Assembly: GCF_006345805.1 (NCBI RefSeq)
Contig: NC_043005.1
Span: forward strand, 76,074,001-76,138,000
Direction of reading: 5' to 3'
Source of the DNA: Octopus sinensis
Taxonomy: Eukaryota
Length of the DNA stretch: 64,000 nucleotides
Made by a program: the position numbers and the translations under genes. This document shows positions 12,070 to 23,859 of the stretch, one piece after another. Numbering within the stretch: position 1 is the stretch's first letter; each line of letters begins with the position of its first letter. The notes beneath the pieces were generated by a model. The model was not told the DNA's origin. It was given only the letters and a program-made list of their open reading frames with translations, and searched no databases.

Positions 12070-13178
12070 CTTTAAAATGGAAGACAAGAAAGTTCATTTT
12101 CGGCACTTGATGCTTTTCTTTTTCCGTAAAGGGAAGAATGCCTCAGAAGCAACCAAAGAAATATGCGCAGTTTACGGAGATGTTTCTTTATCCGAAAGAA
12201 CTGTACAGAAGTGGTTCGCAAGGTTCTGAGCTGGAGATTGTAGCCTTATTGATAAAGAGCGATCAGGCAGACCATCGACTACAGATGATTACCAAATCAA
12301 GTCATTAATTGAGAATAACCCACATTGCACAACCCGAGAATTGACAGAAAGCCTCGACCTAAAAAATTCGACGTTCATGAGCACCTGGTAAAGCTTTGGT
12401 ACACAAATCGCTACGATGTTTGGGTACCACATGAGTTGAGTGAGAAGAACCTTTGGGATCGCATTTCCATCTGTGATTCGCTTTATAAACGGAATGAAAA
12501 CGCGCCATTTTTAAAGCAAATTGTAACAGGTGATGGGAAATGGATTATCTGTCGAAATGTTCAGAGAAAGCGATCCTGGAGTAAGCGACATGAGCCGCCC
12601 TTAGCTACCCCAAAAGCTGGTCTTCACCTTCAAAAAGTCTTGCTTTGTGTCTGGTGGGATTGGAAAGGAATTCTGTACTACGAGCTTCTCTCAAGTAACC
12701 AGATAATTAATTTTGAGAAATACTGCACACAACTTGACGAGTTAAAAGTAGCAATTCAAGAGAAACGTCCAGAATTGGTCAACAGGAAGGGTGTTGCTTT
12801 CCAACATGATAATGCAAAACCGCACGTTTCTTTGGAAACCAGACAAAAATTGCTGCAGCTCGGCTGGGATGTATTACCCCACGCTCCATATTCATCAGAT
12901 ATTGCTCCTTCGATTTCCACTTATTCAGGTCTCTGCAGAATAGTCTTAATTGTAAAAATTTCAATTCCTTGGATGACGTAAAAAGATACCTTGATGAATT
13001 CTTTACCATGAAACCACCTCAATTCTGAGAAGAGGGTATTTTCAAGCTAAAGGAAAGATGGAGACGCATTGTGCAACAAAATGGTTCATATTTGGTAGAT
13101 TAAAAATGTAATGGCAAGTAATTATTGACCTTTTTCTTTCCTTTAAAAATTGGCACGAACTTTCCGGACAACCCAATA
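12070..13178 (+). mobile_element. Defective mariner transposon (duplicate of 4213-5320)
   Basis: ATG at 12077; ORF 12325-12981 carries WVPHEL, TGDGKW, HDNAKPH and PYSSDIAPS; right TIR plus TA ends at 13178. Confidence 0.95.
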
Positions 13179-13573
13179 TTTCAACTTTGTGAGATGGATG
13201 TAAAGTGGTTTAAACTTAAAAAGAAAAAGAAACTATGACAAATTATGTCTTGGGACTCCTACTGCATGAGAACTTAATGATACGAACTATCATTTTCTAA
13301 ATTATTTTTTCTAGTTGAAAAAAGCAAAACAAAAAAGCCTGCAAATAAAGAACAGGCGGAAATAGATAATACTGATGGTATATCCAGTCGTATTTCTGGG
13401 TAATTGTATATTATCAAAGGAGCATAGTGTGAACGTCACTGCAAATCGTAGAATGGCGAACCGAGTATTAAAGATTCAAATTTGGAGAATGAACTTAAAG
13501 TGGCATTAATACCTCCGATGGTGGAAAGAAGCAAAGAAATCCAGGCCGAAACTGAATGGAAAGCAAGTAGCAG

Positions 13574-13947
13574 TGGCACTCCGTCAGTTACGACGACGAG
13601 GGTTTCAGTTGATCCGATCAACGGAACAGCCTGCTCGTGAAATTAACGTGCAAGTGGCTGAGCACTCCACAGACACGTGTACCCTTAACGTAGTTCTCGG
13701 GGAGATCCAGCGTGACGCAGAGTGTGATAAGGCTGGCCTCTTTGAAATACTGGTACAACAGAAACAGGAAGAAAAAGTGAGAGAAAGTTGTGGTGAAAGA
13801 GTACAACAGGGTTCGCCACCACCACCTGCTGGAGCCTCGATGAGCTTAAGGTGTTTTCGCTCAATAAACACCCACAACGCCCGGTCTGGGAATCGAAACC
13901 GCGATTCTACAGTCCGCTGCCCTAACCACTAGGCCTTCCGCCTCCCC
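13574..13947 (-). mobile_element. SINE family B, full length
   Basis: Paralog of 5723-6103. Confidence 0.85.
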
Positions 13948-14129
13948 TAGGAAAACAAGTACACGAAAGGAAAAGAACTTTCATAGCCAATGATAGACGA
14001 AGTTTCAATGTATAGTTGAAGGAATTACATTTTAATTATACTATGAAGATTTTGTATCTATTACCGTTTCTCGACAAAGATAAATGAGCACAGTGTAGAA
14101 AAATAAAATGAAAAACTAAAATTAACACG

Positions 14130-14201
14130 TTCCCATGCCGGGAATCGAACCCGGGCCGCCTGGGTGAAAGCCAGGAATCCTAACCACTAGACCACATGGG
14201 A
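14130..14201 (-). tRNA. tRNA-Glu-TTC: tRNA-Glu(TTC)
   Basis: Identical to consensus. Confidence 0.97.
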
Positions 14202-14335
14202 ATGCCTGCTATTGTTAGTAAGATACAAAGATTATTGAAACTGTTGCTGTCATCAGTTGCTATCATTGATGTTTATTGCTGTCTGTTACATTATTTTCAT
14301 TTACGGAGTGAAGCACGTAGAATATAACAAAACTC

Positions 14336-14386
14336 TGTTTATGCCTTTGATATGTTTATGCCTTTGGTATGTTTATGCCTTTAATA
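14336..14386 (+). repeat. 17-bp tandem triplication TGTTTATGCCTTTRRTA in the inter-tRNA spacer
   Basis: Three copies here, one in sibling spacers; lengthens the spacer from 183 to 217 bp. Confidence 0.9.
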
Positions 14387-14418
14387 ATTACTTTATTGAA
14401 GTATAAATTGTTCGACCT

Positions 14419-14490
14419 TCCCATGTGGTCTAGTGGTTAGGATTCCTGGCTTTCACCCAGGCGGCCCGGGTTCGATTCCCGGCATGGGAA
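14419..14490 (+). tRNA. tRNA-Glu-TTC: tRNA-Glu(TTC)
   Basis: Identical to consensus. Confidence 0.97.
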
Positions 14491-14663
14491 CGTTTGTTTT
14501 CTTTTTCTTTTTTGCTGCTGTATAAAGATGCCTTTGAGCATATTGAACAGGAGCCGGTAGTAAGGTGATCTAATCTACGAACTTAGAAGAAATAATTTCT
14601 CTAATCACCAATACCGCGTCCAGTACTTCCAGAATGTATGGAGTACATAAATATATGAATGAA

Positions 14664-15049
14664 CTAGCAGTACCGCCCGGCGTTGCTCAGGTTTGTAAGG
14701 GAAATAACTATAAAGCATTTCTTGAGAGTTATAGCCAAAAAATAGAAAAAAAAATGGAAAAAAATGATGGTAAATTTTTTTTTGAGATTTAAAAAAAGTG
14801 GAGTTGCGTCCCTTAGACAGTTTGTGGTTCGTATTTATGATTCTCGACCCCATGTCGAATTTATCGATTTTTTTCAGAACTGGGGGAACTTTTCAAAATT
14901 TTCGCTTCGTTAGTTTTGAATTATGACATTGGGCTATGTGTGTGTCAAGTTTCATCAGAATCGGTTGAAAGCCGTGGTCATAGTGAGGGTACAAGCAAAC
15001 AGACACACAGAAACACGCACAGACAAACTGCCGTTTATATAGAGAGAGA
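14664..15049 (-). mobile_element. Non-autonomous Helitron
   Basis: Minus strand: A|TCTCTCTCTATATAAAC...CCTGAGCAACGCCGGG-CGGTACTG-CTAG|T. No TSD. Empty site GAATGAA|TGAACAAAATGG in sibling units (~2365, ~8035, ~10250). Confidence 0.9.
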
Positions 15050-15453
15050 TGAACAAAATGGAGTTAAATGTTAAGAGACTGTAACAAATCAATTACTCAG
15101 GGACGCCTGCTGCACGAAAATTTAGTGAAGAAAGCAATGGGTTTCTAAATGACTAATTCTAGCTTAGAGACAACAAACAAAAGCAAAAAAAGACAGAAAA
15201 ACGAAAAAAAAGCAGGGGAAGATAATACTGGATTTTTTATTAATAAATTATGAACTATTGTATAGGGATAGTCCGACCTTTAACAATACTATAACTACAG
15301 TCATGCTTCAGTCTAATTGATCGTCATCAACGGAGCATAATAGCGATCATTGCCGTCGATTGCTGGCTGTTTCCATTTTTGTTACCTTCATGCTTCATTT
15401 AAGTGGAATATGTGGAATAAAGTGTTCTGGACAGGAACCAATCTAAATCCTTC

Positions 15454-15860
15454 ACTCTTTTACTTGTTTCAGTCATTTGACTGCGGCCATGCTGGAGCAC
15501 CGCCTTTACTCGAGCAAATCGACCCCAGGACTTATTCTTTGTAAGCCTAGTACTTATTCTATCGGTATCTTTTGTCGAACCGCGAAGTTACGGGGACGTA
15601 AACACACCAGCATCGGTAAGTCAAGCGATGTTGGGGGCACAAACACAGGCACACAAACATATTCACACACATACATACATATACATATACATATATACGA
15701 CGGGCTTCTTTCAGTTTCCGTCTACCAAATCCACTCACAAGGCTTTGGTCGGCCCGAGGCTATAGTAGAAGACACTTGCCCAAGGTGCCACGCAGTGGGA
15801 CTGAACCCAGAACCATGTTGTTGGTAAGTTAGCTACTTACCACACAGCCACTCCTACGCC
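15454..15860 (-). mobile_element. SINE family A
   Basis: Paralog of 2782-3185. Confidence 0.88.
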
Positions 15861-16304
15861 TTTGAACAGTTACAATTTACACCTGACGGCAATACCCTTT
15901 AAATATTATAAGACGAAGACTTTTGCAAGGACATGAGTCTCACAATATCTCTTATTGACGATCTTTCGTTTTGACTCGAATTCTGTTAACAAACTACTCG
16001 GTAATTTCCGTGAGCACGTGTTGTCTTGTCAACTGTCAGTTGACGTATCGAAGGGGAAAAAGAACGCTAATGGGTTGTACGTGCGTGCTTGTTCCTCTGT
16101 ATGTGTGTGTGTGTGCGTGCTTGTTCCTGTGTGTATGTGTGTGCTTGTTCTGTATTTACGTTTTGTGGAATGTAGATATAACGAAATTATGCCAAAACAC
16201 ACACAAGAACAAGGCACGCACGCACACACACATACACACACAGAGGAACAAGCACGCACACAAACAATAATTATACAGCAAAAACAAAAAAACTAAAACA
16301 AACG

Positions 16305-16376
16305 TTCCCATGCCGGGAATCGAACCCGGGCCGCCTGGGTGAAAGCCAGGAATCCTAACCACTAGACCACATGGGA
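16305..16376 (-). tRNA. tRNA-Glu-TTC: tRNA-Glu(TTC)
   Basis: Identical to consensus. Confidence 0.97.
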
Positions 16377-17085
16377 AGGCTGGAAGATTTTTACTTTAAT
16401 AAAGCAATTGTTAAAACTGCTGCTGTGTGTTCAGTTGCTGTGTATTCAGTTGCTGTTTTTGTTGCTGACTTGCTGACTGCTGACTGTTACATGATTTTTC
16501 ACTCAAGTGAATCATGGCTTTAATGTCGTAAGCTACGAAGTTCTAACGAATTGGGAACCCGACATTCTAACAACTAGAGGAGCATATGAGCCTGTTGAGT
16601 TACACAACATAAACAGAGTTTTTGTTGATTAGAAGTTCAACCTTTTCCTTGATATTTGTTACTGTTTACACAGTAGTGTAGCTAGAATGTTTGTCCCAAG
16701 GGGTGGCTCCCGAGTTTGCTGTTTCTGCACTCCTATACACTCCTATACTACAAACCTTAAAAGTTTCACCCTTATAAAAGCTTTAGTCTAACCCTTTCTT
16801 AGGCCATCACTATCTATATTCCCAGGAATAGGAAGCAAGCCTGTGCTAACATCTCAGCAAGCAGAGACGGTAACACGGTTTGAATCTGCTGTTGAAGTAA
16901 ATTTAACTTTACGAAAACATTTAACTTTCTTTAGTGTTAAGGTGTTCATGTTTGTGACTGTGCTACGATTCGGTATCGACTTGACACGGATCAAAGTCTT
17001 AAAAACAAAAATACTTATTCTATTGTTAACAAATAAATGTTGTTTCTACGAGTGACAAAGAAAAAGATGTTTACACAAGTTCGAA

Positions 17086-17500
17086 ATTCATATGAGATAT
17101 TTTGGGATCAGGTACAGTAGTAGATGTCGTGGATTCTTTTGTTTGGCTGTACCTGTGGAAATTTTGAAGTTTAGTGAAAATTGTAAAATTTGGTAAATTG
17201 ATGTAATTTTCCACGCTGAATCTCAGAGGCGAATTCACTTTTTCCAGGAAAATTTTCAAAAAGTTTTAGAGTTTATAATTTGATAATTTTTACCCAGTCA
17301 GGAAACAGAATTTAGAAGCTCTCATTTTCTGCGTGATTGCACTTGTTGTCAACTATAACCAAGTAAAATACTGGAATATTGGAATTCTGTAATAGGTACG
17401 CCATATAACCCTTCATAACTTTATTATTTTTTGGAATTTTTAGAAAATTTTTGCGAATTTATATTCCACTCACGGGAATTCCTACTATTATGCAACCTCC
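17086..17500. repeat. Unclassified interspersed repeat (probable DNA-transposon relic)
   Basis: Motif AATTTTCCACGCTGAAT and its flanks recur at ~44920-45065, ~45850-46260, ~49400-49740 and ~50700-51030. Confidence 0.55.
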
Positions 17501-18134
17501 CCCACAAAAATAGTGCGTGATTTAAGGCCTACTTAGCTGGTTTTTTTTTTGGCACATCTCATACATTATGTGACCACCTCATACATTATGTGTTTTAAGC
17601 ATTTAACAAACGACAAAAAGAACACGTGGTAAGCAGCTTGGTAACAGCTTCGCTTGTTACGATGGAAACAGGCACCTATATGCCTGTTGGCTTTCGATTG
17701 GCAAAAATTAACCAAAATTTGAAAACTTTAAAAGCTATTAACTCTTTATTTACTGATTTGTGGTGAAAATGAATTTCATGTAATTGATTACCTTACAAAA
17801 CTACACCAATATGCCAAATGAAATCAACTGGAACAAAAATTAAAGGAAGTGAAAAGTGGCAGCCAACAAGGAAAGATCCAACGCCGTTGTGTGTTTTTTT
17901 AGAATTAATTGGTTAGGGAGTGCCGCTGCCGCCGCCGTTGCCACCGCTGCAGTCTTCCTCGACTCTTATTTTGCAGCTACGGAAAGTTCCCTGTTTCTGT
18001 CCTCTTTAGCTTCCACTTGCTAGAAGCTAAAATGCACAAAATTTATAGCTGATGCTCTTGATAAGAAAAAGCGCGCCAAAGATTTAATCCTGTTCTACCA
18101 AAAGTTTTGAATAAATTAATGCTTTGATGACAAT

Positions 18135-18299
18135 TGCAGCGTGGAAGGTGTTTATAAGCCATTTAAGAAACACACAAACACCGTTAGATTCACTTCAACA
18201 TTTAAAGTAACGAAAATATTTTGACAAATTAAATTTAAATGTTGAAGTGCATCTAACGGCTTTTGTGTTTCTTAAACGACTTTTAAGCATTCCAGCACA
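18135..18299. repeat. Palindromic repeat / MITE-like
   Basis: AAGAAACAC...CCGTTAGATTCACTTCAACATTTAAA is inverted as TTTAAATGTTGAAGTGCATCTAACGG...GTGTTTCTT. Confidence 0.75.
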
Positions 18300-18856
18300 C
18301 GATCTCAGATCAGGTCACTTGCTATGCAAGTACATCTCCGTAATGTTTTGATGACATCAGCAATACTTGAGCGAATCGTGCTCGTGTTCTTCACTTGTTT
18401 ACTTGCATCAGATAGGGATCCGGATCCGATTTCTAGGTGTTTGTGACTGCTAAACAGTCCTGCTACATTTCCATTAAGGACATGAATATCACAACTTTGT
18501 ATTTCTCCTCTGGACAAAACCACTTTAATCTAATGATACAAATTATGTAAATTAAACCTCCAATAGGTGGGGAATAGAAATCAAGTTGGAATCTTCGAGA
18601 AACAAATTAAATAAGATGCCACGTACAGAAAATATATAATTAATTCTAATCAATAAAATTAGTACATTTCTATTCGAAGCATCGGGCAACAGAATGTCTG
18701 ATTGAATGCTTGGATGCCAGACACCTACCGTTATTGACAACTTGCTTGAAATAATTACATAGAAAGTGTTTCACTTTTGTGATTTAATATGGTTTCGAAT
18801 TGTAACATGATGTTCACTCCCACAAACAATTACGACCTCTTTATTGGTAATATTTT

Positions 18857-18985
18857 GTGAAGGCGTGTAGCTTAGTGGTTAGAGTATTGCACTCACAATC
18901 GCCAGATAGAGGGTCCGATTACCTGACCGGGCAGCATGCTGTGTTCATGGGCAATGCTCTTAATTTGATATTGCTCTAGCACTAT
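18857..18985 (+). mobile_element. Decayed tRNA-derived SINE head
   Basis: GTGAAGGCGTGTAGCTTAGTGGTTAGAG with degenerate B box; related to the heads ending at 24982 and 29874. Confidence 0.6.
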
Positions 18986-19349
18986 GTGGGGACCTCGACG
19001 TAAAAGATGACTAAACTAGGTGGAGGTGGGATTTGAACTCTGACACCATAAAATCCCTCAGAAGCAATTACTACCCAAACAAATCCATGGGTTGGAGGGG
19101 TGTCGGCTGAGTGATGCAAAATTGTCATCCGCCCCGAGTAGGGAATCACCAACAAATGGCGGATGCAGCGACGCGCATACTACTGCCATTTGTAATTTTT
19201 AGCTCTTTTACACGATTTTAGACGAAGCTTACTGTTATTACTCTGTCTATAATCGTTGTTCTGTAAACGGTTGACGAAGTCCAATTAGACCGAAGCATGA
19301 CGGGAGTTGTTACTGGCCTGTTGAAGTTTAGACTCAATCCCTTTTATAC

Positions 19350-19792
19350 ATTATTTAAATTCGACGGATATTTGTCCTCATCTTAACTTTACATCTTAAT
19401 GTAAATAATGTACATAATTCCTCATCTCTTAAATATAGAACTGTATTATCTAATCGGTAGGGAGCCGACATTAGACTTCAATGGAGACATATACAGAAAC
19501 TCCATCAAAAACTAGCTCGCCTTTCAAACCATCTAACTTTCTTATGTAGATGTAGAGACTCAAAGCTAATACCACCTGGCTTGACTATAATGACACCAGT
19601 CGATTCACATAAAGCTAAAAGAGTAGCGGAAAGGGCAGGACATGCCTTCGTCCGTGAGAGGATCCATTACAACCGATGGAAAAAAACATCAACTGAATAC
19701 CGAAATCAAGAGGACAAATATCTGTCGAACGTAAATAATGTAAATAATGTAAATAATGTACATAATTCCTCATCTCTAAAATATAGAACTGC
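19350..19792 (+). mobile_element. Penelope-like element fragment (ORF N-terminus flanked by pLTR-tail sequence)
   Basis: Frame reads LKYRTVLSNR*GADIRLQWRHIQKLHQKLARLSNHLTFLCRCRDSKLIPPGL...FVRERI, matching the PLE N-terminal HLxFLxxC...LIPxGL pattern. Tail repeats on both sides, with an inverted piece at ~19350-19383. Confidence 0.75.
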
Positions 19793-20117
19793 ACTCCCTT
19801 CTATATTCCATATTTAAGTAGTTAGAATTTGATCGAACAAATCTAGAACTCACAAGAAGTCAGTTGAATCACGGGGAGCTCTATTTACACAGATCCAACT
19901 CTAGAGAATCACAGCGTGGCTCTAGCATGGTGTGACAATAAAGGTACGTGGTGATTAATATTCAGTCTGGTCTCTTCTTTTGTGACTGATGTTGTTGCTT
20001 AATCTCTGGTCAGCTCTGACTAAATAAACTCAGGATCAATGTATTTCCAGCTGCAGCCATTCCGTCCTTTTGTATATCAGAATCAATGGTATAGCAAGGA
20101 ATATCTTGAGCTTGTCC

Positions 20118-22589
20118 TCAAGTTCCACTATTCGGTCTTTGACGAATCAAAATGGTGTCTTGGTAAACAAACCCGAGAAAATGTGTGAAGCCTTTCGGGA
20201 GTACTTTGCCCAGCTGTTCGGGGGTGACGGCGGTCCTGGTGGTGGGAGAGCCCTCGAGGACTTTCTTGCCGGGCTGCCGTGTCTCTCGGGGTCGGATGCG
20301 GAGACTTGCGAAGGGCCAATCACGCCTGTGGAGGTGATGGAGGCTTTGGCCGATTGTAAAGCGGGTAAGTCGCCGGGACTTGATGGTCTTCCGTATGAGT
20401 TGTATAAATGTATGCCAGACTTGTTCAGGCAACTACTGGCTGACGTGTACGCGAACTGGAAACAGAATGAGTTTATCCCCAGATCTGTGCGCCGGGAAGT
20501 AGTGACGTTGGTCAGAAAGGACCCGGACAAGAGGGACGTTATAGAGAATTTCAGGCCCATCACTCTGTTAAACGCAGAAGTGAAGATTTTGGCCAAGGTC
20601 TTAGCAAAAAGGTTGGCGCGTGTCGCGAATGGTATAGTCGAGAAGGCATAAACATGTGCCATCCCAGGCAGAACCATTCAGGATGCCCTCCATCTTATTC
20701 GCTATACCATAGAGAGGGTTGGTAATAAATCTGGCAAAGGTGGGGCATTGGTACATTTAGACCAGTCTAAAGCATTTGATAGGGTTGACCATTGATACCT
20801 GGCGACTGGTTTATCGCTTTGTACCACAACATTGACTCGATAGTTCGGGTGAACGGTTTCCTTTCGAAGCCGTTCTGCATCAGACGCTCGGTTCGTCAAG
20901 GATGTCCGCTCTCATCACTTTTGTATATGATGGCTCTGGAGCCGCTACTGCGAAGGTTGAGTGGCATCCCGAGAGAACCAGGTCTAGAGGAGTTTGTTAC
21001 GGCTTACGCGGATGATATCACTATCAGCGTACCCTCGGTAGCACGCCTACGGGAAGTGGGTAAGACTATTGAGGCTTACGAGGTGGCAGGAGCAAAGATT
21101 AACCGGGAAAAGTCGGTCGGCTTGCAGCTCGGCACCTGGGTTGACAAGTCGATGCCTTCAGACAGTGTTGTTAAGCGCTGGACGTAGGGACCGGTTATGT
21201 TGCTGGGAGTTTGGTTTGGACCAGGCCTCCAGATAGAGAAGAACTGGACGGAGGTATTGAGCAGGGTGGCTGCAGTAGTGAAGACCTGGTCTTGGCGGTG
21301 GCAATCCCTGAAAGGGAGGGCGGAGGTGGCCAATGTGTTTATCGCATCGGTCATTACCTACCGCCTGACCGTCGTGCCCTGTCCGGATTCGTGGTTGATC
21401 AGGTTGGAGAGACAGCTCTTTCGCTTTTTGTGGAAGGACAGGTCGCCATTTGTGAAACGCTCTGTCTGCTGTCAAAAGCCTTTAAAGGGAGGTTTAGTGA
21501 TGCCTTAGTTAATGATGCGCAGACATGCGTTGAGGTTGAGGCACCTCTGGATTCTCCTGGATAGTGAACGGGTGTGGTTTCCGCTGACCAGACAAATGTT
21601 CCCCGAGTTCAAAAGTTTTTGCGAATAGGAAGCCTAGTGTTCTCGTAGACCGAGGTCGAGTGAGTGGCATAAAGAGTGCTGTAAGGCCCTCTTGCTATTC
21701 CGACGCTCGGGCAACGCCAGCAGTGGGGATTCCACACGGATTTTATATAGTGGGTTGGTAGAGTCTGAATGCGACGATAGCCTGGGGGGCGACTCTAGGT
21801 CCCGGGTTTATTCAACTGGACAGCCTGTTTCACTGTACATTCGGGTTGAGAACGTTGGACAACTTCCAAAAGTCCTTAACCTGGCAATGCTACAAAGGTG
21901 CCTTGCCCGTTTGGGATAAGCTCTCAAGACATGGTAAGCGTCAGTCGCCGACCTGTCCAAGATGCGGTGGGGGGGGGGAACTGTCCCTCACGCTATTGTT
22001 CAGTGTCCGGAGATAACTGAAAAGTGGGCTTATGCTGAACACCTGTTGTCCGGCGAAGGAAGAGTACAGCTGTCGACTGAGTTAATTATAAAAATTCACC
22101 AACCGGGAGTTTTAACGAACAAAGGTTAGAATTGCTTTCTCACGGTTGTAGCAATAGCGAAAGAGGCAGTATGGAAGACAAGGATAAAAGGAATTACGAC
22201 TGACAACTTTATCTCTGGCCACAATTTACGATCATTTTCTTTCTTTTCATTTGAAAAGGAAGCTGTGGCTGGAGAAGAGATGTCTGTCGGAGTGTACGTT
22301 CCAAAAGAGGTGGGAGCATGTTGCACGAGTGTTGTGCGTGCAAGGAACCGTGTAAATAGACGAAAAATTAAAAAAAGGGTACCAGCGGTAGATCGGGGCT
22401 TGTGGGGTCGGAGAGTGGCCTGATCATCGCTTCATTTGTGTTGTCTTTGTATTGTTAATTCCATTCGATTTTTTTATATTGTATTTAAATTTTTAAAGTC
22501 ACAATATATGTAAAATCATATCGCTTCACTGATCCCATCAGTTGTTCTCTCCATTTCTATGTTTGGCCCCCGGTGGGCAATAAAGAAAT
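20118..22589 (+). mobile_element. 5'-truncated Tx1/L1-clade non-LTR retrotransposon (RT pseudogene)
   Basis: KSPGLDGLPYE, NFRPITLLN, DQSKAFDRVDH, VRQGCPLS, AYADD, C-terminal CPRCG...H...C knuckle, 3' end GGGCAATAAAGAAAT. Stops and frameshifts. Confidence 0.92.
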
Positions 22590-22590
22590 T

Positions 22591-22750
22591 GGTATTTCGC
22601 CCGTTACTAGTTCTGAGTTCAAATTCCGCCGAGGTCGATTTTGCCTTTCATTTTTTCGCGATCGATTAATAAGTACCAGTTACGCACTGGGGTCGATGTA
22701 ATCGACTTAATCATCTCCCCCAAGCTACCCTTGTGGCAAAATTTTAAAAT
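22591..22750 (+). mobile_element. SINE family C body
   Basis: GGTATTTCG...TTCTGAGTTCAAATTCCGCCGAGGTCG...AATAAGTACCAGTT; decayed relatives at ~25875-26060 and ~38250-38440. Confidence 0.7.
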
Positions 22751-22789
22751 CATTATTTAATTGTTTATTTATTATTCATATATATGTAT

Positions 22790-23025
22790 ACTCTTTTACT
22801 CTTTTACTCGTTTCAGTCATTTGACTGTGGCCATGCTGGAGCACCGCCTTTTGTCGAGCAAATCGACCCCAGGACTTATTCTTTGGCAGCCTAGTACTTA
22901 TTATATCGGTCTCTTTTGCCGAACCGCTAGCTTACGGGGACGTAAACACACCAGCATCTGTTGTCAAGCGCTGTTGGGGGGATAAACACAGACACACAAA
23001 CATACACACACACGCACAACACACA

Positions 23026-23076
<51 letters not shown>

Positions 23077-23263
23077 CACACACACACACGCACACACACA
23101 CACCACACACATATATATATATATATATATAATACGACGTCTACCAAATCCACTTCCAAGGCTTTGGTCGGCCCGGGCTACAGTAGAAGACACCTGCCCA
23201 AGTTGCCACGCAGTGGAACTAAACCCGGAACCATGTAAGCTACTTACACGCCACTCCTACGCC
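22790..23263 (-). mobile_element. SINE family A with expanded (CA)n
   Basis: Family head and tail flank a CA/TA tract. Confidence 0.85.
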
Positions 23264-23859
23264 TATATATATATATATATATATCAAATCAGGGAATTTT
23301 AAAAATAGTATATATATATAAATTTTTTTTTTTTTTTAATTTAAAAAAAAAAAATTTTATCTAGTTTCAGCTCACAATCTGTGGCCATGCTGGGGCACCG
23401 TCATATATACTATTTTTATAATTCCCCGATTTGTGTAAGGCACGTTATTGCTATTAAGTGAAAAACAATAGTTTGTACGTGGCTGCTTTTACATAATGGA
23501 ATTAGTTGCAAATTTTCCAAAGAAAGGAATGTTAAATATAGCCTTATATATATACAATGCCAGAAAATAAAATAAAATATAAGGGGTTTGATGCTGGTGG
23601 TCTCAGCTGGGATATTTTTGATTACAGGTTTGCTCGATCAGAAATTAGCTGGTGCTAAACAACGACTGTAGCTGTTCGCTATTAACAGATTCCTAGTGTA
23701 CAACTATCTCTGTTCTGTTACTGTTGCACTAGACTAAGCGACATCAGCTATATTATTCGAAAGCATCACACACATATAGAGTTATCTCCCATGCATGTTT
23801 AATCTCTTGCTGATGTTATTTAAAAGTAAGAAAGTTTTCCTATCGTATGTTCGGTTACA

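Larger units (their letters stand above)
1..16380. repeat. Mosaic tandem segmental duplication (~7.9-kb period) of tRNA-Glu/SINE/mariner modules
   Basis: Homologous landmarks: tRNA 1914/9794, tRNA 3641/11497, mariner ATG 4220/12077, tRNA 6266/14130 (offsets 7856-7880). 1-720 also matches 9031-9750, and ~480-1817 matches ~5990-7325. Confidence 0.92.

Noticed and set aside
12325-12981. 218-aa ORF as an active transposase or a domesticated SETMAR-like gene
   Set aside because: N-terminus is broken by a stop and frameshift, the frame is lost at the third catalytic Asp, and there is no SET domain or left TIR.
19266-19305. Hammerhead-like TTGACGA-AGTC..GACC-GAAGCATG next to the PLE fragment
   Set aside because: Two core positions differ and stem I is unconvincing; at best a dead relic.
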